Positions 42,017 to 53,757 of a DNA stretch of 64,000 nt are shown in pieces. Numbering within the stretch: the first letter of the stretch is position 1; each line of letters begins with the position of its first letter. Position numbers and translations under genes: made by a program. The notes beneath the pieces are model-generated. The model ran no database searches and had not been told where the DNA came from. It saw nothing but the letters and a program-made list of their open reading frames with translations. Source of the stretch: Ptychomitrium polyphyllum (lineage: Eukaryota). The stretch lies in NCBI GenBank assembly GCA_973851085.1, contig OZ316775.1, forward strand, positions 5,208,001-5,272,000, read 5' to 3'.

Positions 42017-43613
42017 CAGTGGCAAGCAAAAGTTGTGCAACAATACTCCACCAGCGGTGCTGCTATTGTAATTTAGCTGAATGTTTCACAAAAGTTATAT
42101 TATAGAAGAGTCTTTGTTTCATAAAAGCTTATGCAAAGAACCAATCAGTAGAAAATAAATAAATAAAATTTATATACAAAAGGTACAAGTAGTGTCCAAT
42201 TATTTTTGCTTAAATTCAATGAAAATTTCTAAATTACATGTAATCAAAGTAGAAGAGGTGAAATTAAATATACTACTACAAAAGACATTTATCAATGTAT
42301 ATAGTCTTCTTTTGTTGTGGAAACATCAGTTGTTCTTTGTGAGATTGATCTAAATAATTTCTTCATTATTTTATAGCAATATTCCACCAATTTTTGTGGA
42401 TTTTGTCTCACAAATAACTTTTACATGTTGATTTACAAGTAGACTTCCTTAGACGCCTATCTATCTCTTTTCATATATATTCTATAGAATTTGGATTAGA
42501 GTATTGGAGTGAATATACCATTAAGTTAAATTTTTGCATTTCAAATTGATCTTTAAAAAGATTGGATGTGTGTTTAGAATCATGGTGCTATAGAAATATG
42601 ACAATCATAATATTTCATCTTTGCCTATGCATGGTATTTAGAAGGTCTTAATTAAAAATGTTAAAATAAAGCTTTGCATCCATTGTACCTTTAATTGGAT
42701 GAATATTCTCCATTTTTTGCCAACTAATACATATCCATACCATTATGTTTTTTCCATTGTATTTCATAGTAGGTTATACACATGCATTATAAAAACATTT
42801 TAAGGCATCCTCCAACAATATTAACATCCATTAGAAACAAAGACATTGAATTTGGTCTTATCATTAAAGATAACTCTATTCCATTCTTCCATACTACATT
42901 TCTTAGTACTTTTTGATATTGCAAAGCTATATTTATAATGTTGTGCTAATAATATTGGTTTCTTTCTCTTAAATCATATTCAAAGACCAAGTTTTCTAAA
43001 ATCCCTTTTAATTGTATTATCATACATTTGCACTCTAGTAGATGGCAAATTTCATTTTACAAATGTTACTATTCCAATACTTAGTGAGTTTAACTTTCTC
43101 ATTGTCACACATTCATGACATAAATCAAGAATTCCAAAATGACCACATCTAAGCTTGTTTTGTTCATTACTTATATATCTAAGTTTTTGTACAATACTTG
43201 GGCATGTGTTCTTTGGAATGTTCAAAGTAGCTATATTTTCTTAGAATGGGAGACCTTGTTGATGTATAGCAATTGTTTGTGAACATTGATGTAAAATTAA
43301 CTTTGCCATAATTAATGGAACCTGTATTTCATCATTATTCAAAATTCCTCCATTCTCAACAAAAGATAGCTTACATCAATAAGAAACCATTTTGAGAAGT
43401 TGCAAGACTTTAGATGTATATAAGTAATTGGCCACCATGACCATATTCATCAAAATATCTTCTTCATGATGTATCCTAATTTGGTGGTGATTTCATTAGT
43501 ACATTAATATACAATAAATTTTCTATCTTTGATAGTCCTTGACCAATTGACACTTGTTTATTTTTCAATTTCAATACTTAAATTCAGTGTTCCACAACTT
43601 TTGGTGGCCATTG
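42017..43613 (-). mobile_element. Full-length degenerate Tc1-like (IS630-Tc1-mariner, DD34E) DNA transposon
   Basis: 26-bp TIRs: cagtggcaagcaaaagttgtgcaaca (42017-42042) vs the reverse complement of 43588-43613, caatggccaccaaaagttgtggaaca (22/26 identical). TA on both sides (42015-16, 43614-15). Minus-strand decayed transposase: KRKKPILL, EEWNRVIFNDKTKFNVF, PTMKYNGKNIMVWICIS, IKGTMDAKLY, *HHDSKHTS...NPNSIEYI*KEIDRRLR, with 34 residues between the second-Asp position and the Glu. Confidence 0.92.
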
Positions 43614-44554
43614 TAAGTTGTACACTTATAATGTGGCCAATTAATACTTAGAATGAAAATGTATGATTAATAAAAATAAATTTTATTTCAATGAATTTTT
43701 TTCATTACCGTACCCCACTACAGCTCAGAATAATATCTACACACATCAAGAGAAGCTAAAGTTTAGTGTGAATGGGATCATGGGCAAGGTTGTGCAACTA
43801 CCAGCTCCTACTTCTTCGCCAGATTAAGTCCTGTGAAAATTTCGTTTCATAATGGTTTCCCGACCTTGTGTGCTTCTCGCACAATGGTGGAGTTCGTTCA
43901 GCTACTAGATTCTTGATATCAACATTGAAATCACCACAAACGTGTGGAATGCTCCTGAATGACCATTGCTTCACTAAGGCCCACAGTAGATTCCAAACCA
44001 AGAAAAGGTTGATAATGAACAAGGACAACTACATATAGAGGTACTAGAAGAACCATAACAATCATCACCGCTTGAAATTGAAATGCATCAGCAGAAGTCG
44101 AATATACATGAGAATGGCGCATCAAGCACCCGACCCCGCTAGATACTTCTTATGAAGTAGAACCATACACAGAAAGAGAGCAATCTACAGCTCGAACATT
44201 TCACAACCTGCTTGCCACTGGACAGATTTATGCGCCAGCCATGGCAGGATTATGGTGTCTGTTCCCCAAAGTCTACCATGCCAAACCCTAGAACTCCTTC
44301 AGAAATCCTAAATAATGCGAAAATCAACATCAACACTGCCACCTCTATCATCTGCTACACATCAAGAGAAAATATGATTTAGTTGGAACTGGATTGTTGA
44401 CAGGTTGAGCATGCGCCCTCGATCAGATTCCCTGGTGCAAACTTTGTATTTTGATGTTAATAGGTTCCCTAGCTTCTGTCCTTGCACCATGGTGAAGTTC
44501 GTTCGGCTACTTGAGATGATCATCGCCATTAAGATCACATCACAAAGTATTACG

Positions 44555-45583
44555 TTAAGCGGTGTTGAAATTCTCCTCGCGATCGCCCTTGTGATTCGGC
44601 TCATCGCCAGCGATGTAGCCGTTGGCGAGAGCGGGAAGCTCAGTCTCGGGAAGCGCGTTCCGGGAGTCGTGGTCGACTTCCAGAGAGGTGAGAGCCGCTA
44701 AAGCCTTCATTTCTTTCTCGCAGTTGGTGAGCCGCTCTGTGGCAAGCTTGAAGTGGAACACCCCTGTCTGCAGCCGCTTGAGCTGGAACTGGCGCTGGAC
44801 CGCCAATTGTTGCGCGTTCGCCAAAGATTCCTCCAGTTTTAGCGACTTGCTCTTGAGCGCGGCGATGGTGACATCGGCCTTCTCCACCACGCCCTTGAGG
44901 CTCACCACTTTCTCCTCGAGGTTTGTCTGATTCTCGTTCGCCTTCTCGAGCTCTTCCTTGAGCTGGCGGACCTCCTCGTCCTCCTTGTCGGTCGCGATGC
45001 GGGAGCTCAGCTTCGAGCCGCTCTTGTGGATGGAGGTTTCTTCTTTCCGTTGGTTACCTTCGGAGCTTTGCGGGGAGACTGAGCTGCGGCCGCTGCGGGA
45101 CCGCTCCTTGGGCTCCGGGGATTGGTACCTGCCTGCACTGCCGTTGGGGCTGCTGCCTCGGCCAGCGGGGCTGCTGCGGATTGGCGTCGGGGAGCGGCTT
45201 CGTTGTGGGGGCGGGGAGCGGGTGCGGTGGTGGATACGCTCGCGGGACGGTGGGGAGCGGCGGCGGATTCGTTCTCTCATATCTCGTGATCTGAAGTCAC
45301 GGTCTCTGTCGCGGAACCCTAATCCTTTCAAGTTCTTCCGCACCTCGTTGACGCGGATGGTGCGGCCTTCGATTTGGCCACCGTCCATGTCGCGGATCGC
45401 CATTGTGGCAGAGCGGGGGTTGGTGAACGTGACAAACCCAAAGCCACGAGACTCCCCGCTCTCGCGGTCGTATACAATCTTAACAGAAACAACTTCGCCG
45501 AACTCCATGAATGCTTTCTTCACTGTGTCTTCACTGCTTTCATATGAAAGTCCGCCAACGTAGACCGAGTTTACGTCCTCCAT
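44555..45583 (-). CDS. RRM RNA-binding protein with RS/RD-rich linker and C-terminal coiled coil (uninterrupted CDS, 342 aa)
   Basis: RNP2 VYVGGL, RNP1 RGFGFVTF, RSP repeats, heptad-rich C-terminus. The ATG at 45583 directly follows an AG acceptor, so the track's upstream extension to 45709 is likely intronic. A probable 5'UTR donor lies at ~46927. Confidence 0.9.
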   Translation of the reverse strand: MEDVNSVYVGGLSYESSEDTVKKAFMEFGEVVSVKIVYDRESGESRGFGFVTFTNPRSATMAIRDMDGGQIEGRTIRVNEVRKNLKGLGFRDRDRDFRSRDMRERIRRRSPPSRERIHHRTRSPPPQRSRSPTPIRSSPAGRGSSPNGSAGRYQSPEPKERSRSGRSSVSPQSSEGNQRKEETSIHKSGSKLSSRIATDKEDEEVRQLKEELEKANENQTNLEEKVVSLKGVVEKADVTIAALKSKSLKLEESLANAQQLAVQRQFQLKRLQTGVFHFKLATERLTNCEKEMKALAALTSLEVDHDSRNALPETELPALANGYIAGDEPNHKGDREENFNTA

Positions 45584-48016
45584 CTCTAGGATTAATCTCT
45601 CACTCGCAGGTTGTTGACCAATCGCAAAATTGTCGATAGACGTGACCACTATGTCGCTAGGTTCAGGAAGGAGAATCTCTGCATTCTTGATAGCAAGGTG
45701 AGCAATCAACCGTTAAATTTTCGAATACCATGACTGCCCAACCTTACAACAAAATCGAAAGCGCCCCTTCGTACCCAGTCCTGGAACTAATTCAATGAGA
45801 TCCACACATTTCGGTTTCAGTTTGGGATGGAAAACATGGCAGCGACTGTTATCCAGCCACTGCAAAGAGCAAACAGCAGAGGGTTTACTGGCATCAGCAC
45901 GATTTGAGATTTCTGACTTCGCTAGCTCTTCGAACCAGAACACCGTATGGCAAATATTCTACACAGCATTGATGGTTTTGAGATTATAGAGACAACATAT
46001 CAAAAAGCCTGATTGCGACCACTTACTGCTTTAGGGCAACAAATTGGTCATCCTGCAACGCTTGCTATGAAGAAATTGGCAAGAATCCTAACCTGACTTT
46101 CCAAGAATTTGTTACAACTAGTAAAAACACCCACACCCGCAGAGCTAGCACAATACATGGTAGCGTTTCTATCTATTGGAAGAAGAGTTCTCGCCTGATT
46201 ATGATCTCCATCATGATTAACTCCTGCGTCGAAGCGACACACCGTCGGAGGAAATTCAAATTATGCACTTCTTAGCAGGGTCACACAAAGCTGGCAGTTT
46301 CTTGTAGTATTTCAAAAACCAAGACAAATTAACTGGCAGCACAGCTCTTCCTTCGCTCTTTTCACCTCGTTCAATCCGCTATATTACAAACACAAGACAC
46401 ATTTCCTCGAAAAGGGAACAACGCAGGCGGCCGACATCACAACTATGTTCTGCGCACGAGCCAGAACAACCATAGACCAATACTCAAACACTACTCACAC
46501 AATCGAACCACAAACGCAGAGTCCTCACACCTACCCCACCCAATCAACTTCTCCAATGCTAATAAGAAGAGAATTGCCAAAGAGGTTACGCTTTCACAAA
46601 CTGTCTTCCCCTGCGTACCTGGCCTTACCATACCGACAAAAAACCGAACCACGCCGCAGTGCGCACGTCGTGGTTTACATGTAATATACACACAAAGAAT
46701 AATAATCGCTGAGAAAAAGTAAAATGAAGAGTTGCACGATCATAGAAAGAAATCACATTATATGCAGCGCAAGGTCCACTTTCTTGCGGGAACTTACGAA
46801 GTGAGTGACGAAGACGAGGCGAGCGTACGAGGGCGACATCATTCACCAGTCATCATCATCGTGAAAAGAATATCACTCAAAATGCACGAAGAAGCGAATC
46901 AAACGCGTTGAATGCATTATAACTTACCTGGGGCACAGCCAAGGATGAGCAGACATGGTGCAGGCAGAAAAACAGAATGCAACCACATCGTTCTTCTCGC
47001 AACCAACGCTGAGTGCCAGAGACCCACTACTTCAAGTTTCAAATACCGAAGTGCTGAGTCACCGGCTGACGAGGTCGCCTAATACTGCCTGCGCCGGTCG
47101 CCACCGTTACCCTTCCCAGGCAGCTGAAGTTACTCCCAGCTCCAGCCCTCTTCATCGTCCCCAGCACAGATTCCCAAGTAGGAAATGATTAGTTTTGCAA
47201 CAAATATAATAAACATTGAGAAATTGATTGTCATTGCAAGTATTAAATTTAATCAAATATGTTGGTTAACTTGCATTAAAATTTATGTGTCCCTGATGTG
47301 ACCAACAGTACTAGTGTTATTCTCAGATATGTACGTCATTGTTGACGTTCTGATGTACTCTAGAGTCTATACTGTTACTGGCGCTGTAGCAGAGATAGAC
47401 CTCCACATCAATGACAAGGGTCTCAAAGATTGCTCAAAGAAAGCTTTGGTTAGAATCTGGATGATATACACTCTGAAACTGCACCATCGATGCCCCTCTG
47501 CCAAGGCGAAGGTGGCAAATCTGTGAGTAGAAACAGTCAGTGGACAGGAGAATAAGGGTGTCATGGCATCCCTAGAACGTCCCACAAACATACAAAAGAC
47601 ATTGACTACAAGAGATAGCAGCCGAAAACTATACTAATAGGGCCACACATTTCAAAACTCCACTTCAAACGGTTCAGATTCACATTTCAAGTATGCAATT
47701 GCCTTTGGCTCCCAGAAGGAAGAAACGAAAGAAAAACACTCTCGTGAAAACCAATCAATTATGCAAACTTGTAGAACGATCTGACTCGCAGAGAAATTTG
47801 AAAAAAGCAGTGAGCTTGATTGACCTATGAAGACTTTTGTTACATTTGCCGCTAGGAAGGGCGTGACAACGTCAGGAGTTGCTGCGTTGATAGTTCTGTA
47901 CATGCGGCCATTCCATGCTGCATTCCAGTTCCTCTGACGAACAAAAATGAGGATGATTCTATGCACTTGACTTAACAATAATGGTACACATGCGTCCGAT
48001 GAAGACTATCCCCTAT

Positions 48017-49975
48017 CTAAGGACCATACTTGGTATTGGCTCCAGTAGAGCAATAATCAGATACAAAAATAGGTTGTTCCTCCTCTATATGTGACGTTGC
48101 TCCTAGCGTGCTTAATTGCCCACTATCCCCTCTCCTTCGTCTCTCCAACTCCCGATCTCTCTGCAGAAAAATTCAGGCACAGAATGTTAATTAACACCTT
48201 TCAAATGCGCTGAAGCGAGAAAAGCTAAGACCATCTAGATTCAACTGATTATATTGTTGAAAAAAGGGAGATAATCTGCAACTGGCTTCAATTCGTATTT
48301 TGAAAGTTAGGAATTCTCGAGCAAAATGTTGACCACAAATCTGAAAACAATGAAAGAATCGCCATGGTTATGACATGGCGTAGGTGGTGGAAAGGCATGA
48401 CATAAAAACCCAAAAGATGAAGGGATGGTTTGAAGTCATATAGTCTCGGAAAGACGATGACATGTTAGAAAAACATTAACGTCTAATACGTGATACCCTT
48501 CATCTGAGGGTTTTTCCAAGAAAGATGTAGGCTATAAATGATTATCATTGAATAAGTTTGCTTAGGATAAAACTCTCACCAAATAATTGAAGTGGTCTTG
48601 CATCGTAAATGTCTGGGAACTGTCATCGACACCATGGTCTTCGGATACCGCAGGTTCGTGCAGTTCTAGACATGCATGAGAATAAGGGAGAGGGTTAGGT
48701 ACTGAGCCGTCGTAGTATATGCGTTTCGTCCATGACTAAACCACGTAGATCATGCCTCACACACAAAAGAGATGTACATTTTCATTCAGTCTCCAGGCGG
48801 AAGGTGAACTCGTGACCGAGTCGCGGAGATCAAAGTGGTATTCTATCTCTATGACATGATAAAGGGAGAGAAACAGGAGAGAGACATGGTCGAGTGCACA
48901 TCATTCCTCCACTGATAATTTCAAACCTATTCGAAGAGAAAATAATTATGGATTTTAACAAATAGAGAATATGTTGCCACACTCAGCCTTCATTCTTAAA
49001 GCAACTCTAGCCTTGGATATACAATCGCAAAGGAACCCATGTAGTTCTTGACTTAACGAGCGCCAAAATCACGCTGGCGAACCAGACAACCGTGCCAAAT
49101 GCCACACATGAGCGAATGTAAAAGACTTCACTCCAGCTGTTAACACTCAGGTAAGGATGAAGGGCACATGGCTAAAGAAGAATGCGTGCTTCCGGTCGCA
49201 GCCCACCAACTTACACTACTACTTCCAAGAAAGAAGCCAAAGCTAGAGTAATGAAACAAATAATTCCCGAAGGTTTACAGTCCCCACTACCGAGACACCC
49301 AAGCGATATTACACCAACGTCTCTATCATTGCGAGATGCCTTCTGGCATGGTAAGAATGCAAGCTGCGTAGCAAACGGCATCTAAATACTCACAAAGATT
49401 ACGAATCAAGCATAGGTGCTAACACAGTTGAACACAGAAGCATCAACTGAACACAGCTCGTGACTCCAAACCCCCTGCTTCCACAGAGCTTCACGCCGGC
49501 ATCCCGAAACTAACCCCCAAGCTTCAGAATCCAAACACGGCAACGACAGCCCTTCACCGCAACACCACGCCCCCTCCAGAACAATAGCACACTAGGATAT
49601 CATATCCCCCCCAAACCCAATCCAAAACCTACCCTTTAGACTTCCACTTCCCCTACACAAAAGATACCCTTCCCAAATCATTGCTTGCCACCTTCTCTCA
49701 CTTCCCACACACCCAACATTCAGGCCAGGAACTAACCCATTATCCTAAGGACCCCAAGAGTAAGAAACGAAAGCTTTCGGCAATCCAGAAGTCTACAAAC
49801 CACCAGGTCTGCAATAAACATGAACCCGGTTCATCCCAGAGAGAGGTTGGACAGATTGAGTGATTGCGTCGAACCTACCCCTGAAAAGCACAGCTCTTGA
49901 ATCCGCCACTGGACCGCACAACATCAAGCCCAGCACACAGACGTAGAACGGCACGAGGATGAGCGAGCCAGCCAT
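48017..49975 (-). CDS. PSY-like (tyrosine-sulfated) secreted peptide precursor, 3 exons, 108 aa
   Basis: Exon 1 49975-49879 (signal peptide MAGSLILVPFYVCVLGLMLCGPVADS-R, donor GTAGGT). Exon 2 48665-48580 (branch point CCTAAC, pyrimidine tract, TAG; donor GTGAGA). Exon 3 48160-48017 (acceptor TTTTCTGCAG). The phases join without stops and the protein ends EEEQPIFVS-DYCSTGANTKYGP*. Confidence 0.75.
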
Positions 49976-51299
49976 AGCTCCTGGCCGAACATGGCGTCCG
50001 CCTTCCGTTTGTGATAAACCGTCCTTTCGTCCTGGAGCTCCTTGTGCGGTGAAGTAGAATCCAACAACAACCTGGAGAGGGGAAGCGGCTTCGTCCCTGG
50101 CATCGACGGAGGCTCTCTAGTGCAACACGAGAGGGAAGCGGTCACCGGAGCTTCGGGTCCCCCAACGCATCCCAAGGAGCCTCTTTTGACGCAGTCCTCC
50201 CCTTGTAGCCGGTCGTCACACTCGCGTTACTCGTCGGTACGGTAACAATCTGTTCCAAGTCTTGATGGCGCATTGCCATTGTGCTTTCCACATGTGTCAC
50301 GGCTGTTATTAGCCTCTCGTGTGTTACGGACCTCTGCCAGGTAACTCCATTATGGCATGTGGACTGTGATGTGTTGTTCAAGGGCCTTTGGGACAAAGTT
50401 CATCATAAAGCTTGCTCTCTTTTTCCTCTTTCCTCATCTTTGGGTGAGTCAGGAGTTCCCTCAGATCAGGATTCCATTTTATTTCTTGAGTAAACTGTGG
50501 TGCTGGTAATGGAAGACACTGTTGGTAATGGACGACACTGTTGTTGATATGTCAGTACCATATCATCATTTGAGCCTGCCTTTTGGTTTTGGGTAATAAT
50601 GTGAAGAGTAAGCTTCTAGAACCTACCAAAATCCATTGCTTGAATTTCACAAGAAGGTATGTACTAGTTATCAGTTTCAACCTTATGTTGTGCTTTGTGT
50701 ATAACTTGTATTTATGTCCTGGAGAGACAATCAGAAAAGCAAAGAACTTTTTTCTGCCACTGTGATGCTACAGCATAGTAAGTGGTTTTCTACAGCTTGA
50801 TTTTTTTTGGAGTTTCTTGCTATCATTTTCTTTTGTATACTATTGAAACTTGATTGATTATGCAACCAAACATCACACACCCCAGGATACCCCAGCCCCA
50901 TCCATAATAAAAGATCATCACTAAGTCCATGCATCACCACATCATACTTCTAGCAACATCAATTTGCTTATTTTGGAATTTGCTCAGCTTTAAAACCAAA
51001 CAACATGAGATTTCTTACAAGTGTCATGTTATTCAGCTTTACTCTAATTAACACCTACCCAGGCCTACCACTTATTTAGTATAGTGTACCCCTAGCACAT
51101 ATGGTGACCATGTCAGGAGTTCAACTGACCTTGTTAAGTTTTAAAAAACAAAACAAAATCAAACCTTGTTATCTAGGTTTGTATAATCTTTAACTAATCT
51201 GAACTCATCCCCTGAATAGGCACAATCAGGCCACTGCCAGAACTGATTTTATGGCTGATCACTGATCCCTTGTAGTGCAATCCCAAAATCTCTGACTAC

Positions 51300-53000
51300 T
51301 TTGACAAATAACATTTCAAGCACCAGAGTTCATGAAAACAGTTGTCTACTGAATGCCCTTTAATAAGGTGTTCAAGGAACAATTTTCCATGTGCAGCCAC
51401 AATTCTGGATAGGCCTTTTGACCAAAGACCACAGTTTATCAATGGTCAATGTATGATTGATCCTTATTTGTGGATTTTCTCAATTCATTGACAAGTTGTT
51501 CACCCCTAAGCATTGGTAAATTGTTTGCTTCCATGATAAATTCATCTTATTTATTCCCAATAAATGTTGTCAACCAAAATTCTAACATTTTTTATATAAC
51601 TTAGTAAAGTATGTATGAAAAATTGTACCTTTTTGTCATTAAATATGATTCATGTTACAAAATATATGTCTAAAGGTATAGAAAAGAATCCAATTGTTCA
51701 AGTGAAATTTTTTGCATTAAAATAAAGAAAAAAGAAATGATATGTGTATGTATATGTAAGTATTGGATCATTTTATGCATAATATAAATGATGACAATTA
51801 TATGTAAACCTTATCCAATAATCCAAGTTATGTTTCTTTTACCATACCTACAACAGTTCTACCACTATAATTATTAAATTGTGTATTATATTGAATACCG
51901 CAATTCACCTTATATATATTTAAATGTGGTTTAAAAATCTGATTTAATACTTTAGTTTCTAAAGAAATTTTGGGCAAAATTGGTTATTATTACAATTTTA
52001 TTTTCAATATACTTTGTGAATGATTGGAATTGTTTTTTTGTAACATCACCATTGTAATGTAAAATCCAATTTTTGGGATATGTATCTTTAATAATCAACA
52101 TAATTTTTATAATTATTTATAAATTTGAAGAATGTTGTTTAATAATGTACCAACTTTAAAGCCAATACTTTGAAAAATTTAGAAATTATGTATGGCTAAA
52201 ATCAAAGATGGTTTTCATTCATGGTTTTAGTAAACTTTGAAAAAATTAGAATAAAATAAATAAGCCAGTCATCACACATTTTAATATGAGGGCATTTAAT
52301 GTAAGTTTATATGAAATTGTAAAAGTAAATTTAAAAAAATAAATCAATATATAGCTAAGAAATAAAAGCTAAAGTAAAATAAGTCCAATATATGCATATA
52401 ATCAGATATATGGATAGATAAATAGACAAGACAAGAGTATAAGGTATTTTTTGTGCCACATAGAGAAACCTGAAAATCCATACAAACATCCAAACAAAAT
52501 CATAAGAAATGTAAGATGCTTTTAAAAAAAACTAAGGTTTTTTAGTATAATTAATAACATATAATGAACATTAAGTATAAACCTTATGGTAGCAATTTAT
52601 TGTTTCTTTGATAATAGGTGCTATATAATAAATAATATGAACTTTGATTGAATAGTATCTAGCTAATGTATTGTAAAGAAGGAACTTTCATACATTTAAT
52701 CTTGGAATTTCAAAACATATAAAAAATGATCACAATACATATTATTGTACATGAAACATGCTAGTAGGATTCTATTTCTATTCCTCTAAAAAATCCTTCA
52801 TCATGTTTTAATTGTCAAAAACATCACAAACTTCAAACATTATATTCACAAATACTTTCTTATATTTTGGTATTTTATATAGCCCCATTTGATATTTAAG
52901 CAACTTAAAATTTTTAATCCTTATAATGTTTTTTTCAGTTTCCAAAATTGTAGTTCTTAATGACCCAATGACCACATTGTAATTAGCTTAACACTAAAGA
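51300..53000. other. AT-rich intergenic block (probable decayed repeat)
   Basis: Composition only. Confidence 0.4.
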
Positions 53001-53757
53001 ATCAATACACATATATCACATATATCAGTGGGTTCAATTTTCCAAAACAATCTCATGCAAATGACTTACTGATAAGTGCACTGGATACATGGGTCCAGTA
53101 CTGGTACATGCGTCTACAATTCAGAGAACATTCAATAATGGATTCACTCCATGGTATTGAACTCTACGGTTCTGAATACAAAATTTTACTCCAATCAATA
53201 GTATCCTGTAGTAGAATTTTCTTTATAGTAACGTTGTTGAATTGAGCTCACCACTGGGGTGGTATGAAATCCACTAGAGTAGTCAAGTCCGCAAAGCTGC
53301 AAACATCATTCCTTGTGTGACCTTCCAAAAAATCACAAGTTGGAAACTGATACTGCCCCACATAAACAGACAAGCACACCCTGGTACTAGTACAAAGGAG
53401 CAGTCACTTCCAAGTGGAATTCAACATTTCCTTGTAAAAAGAGAGGTATTTCAAAATCTCTGGCTCCCTACTCCAGATGGCACAAATTGCATTTTTTTTC
53501 TTTCGATTTCGTTCAAAAGCCATTGCCAGAGAGTGGTGGAAAATCCATTGCACGCATATATCATTGGTAACTGGTCCATCTGTGTAGTAGTGCTGCATTC
53601 TCCTGAGACATGCAATCCAATTATTCTCAGACAAAAACATATTTTTCACATATTTATTCATAACTGCATCATATCAGTGCACCCACCGTGGCATCATGTA
53701 AGGTAATAAATGATATTTGTACCTTGCATTTATTTTTGTGACACACTACATTTGAAT

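Noticed and set aside
43440..43500. HHQIRIHHEEDI resembling a reverse-transcriptase motif
   Set aside because: Lies inside the Tc1 element with no other RT motifs; chance match.
44958..45563. 201-aa plus-strand ORF
   Set aside because: Antisense shadow of the GC-rich RRM/RS coding sequence; no independent features.
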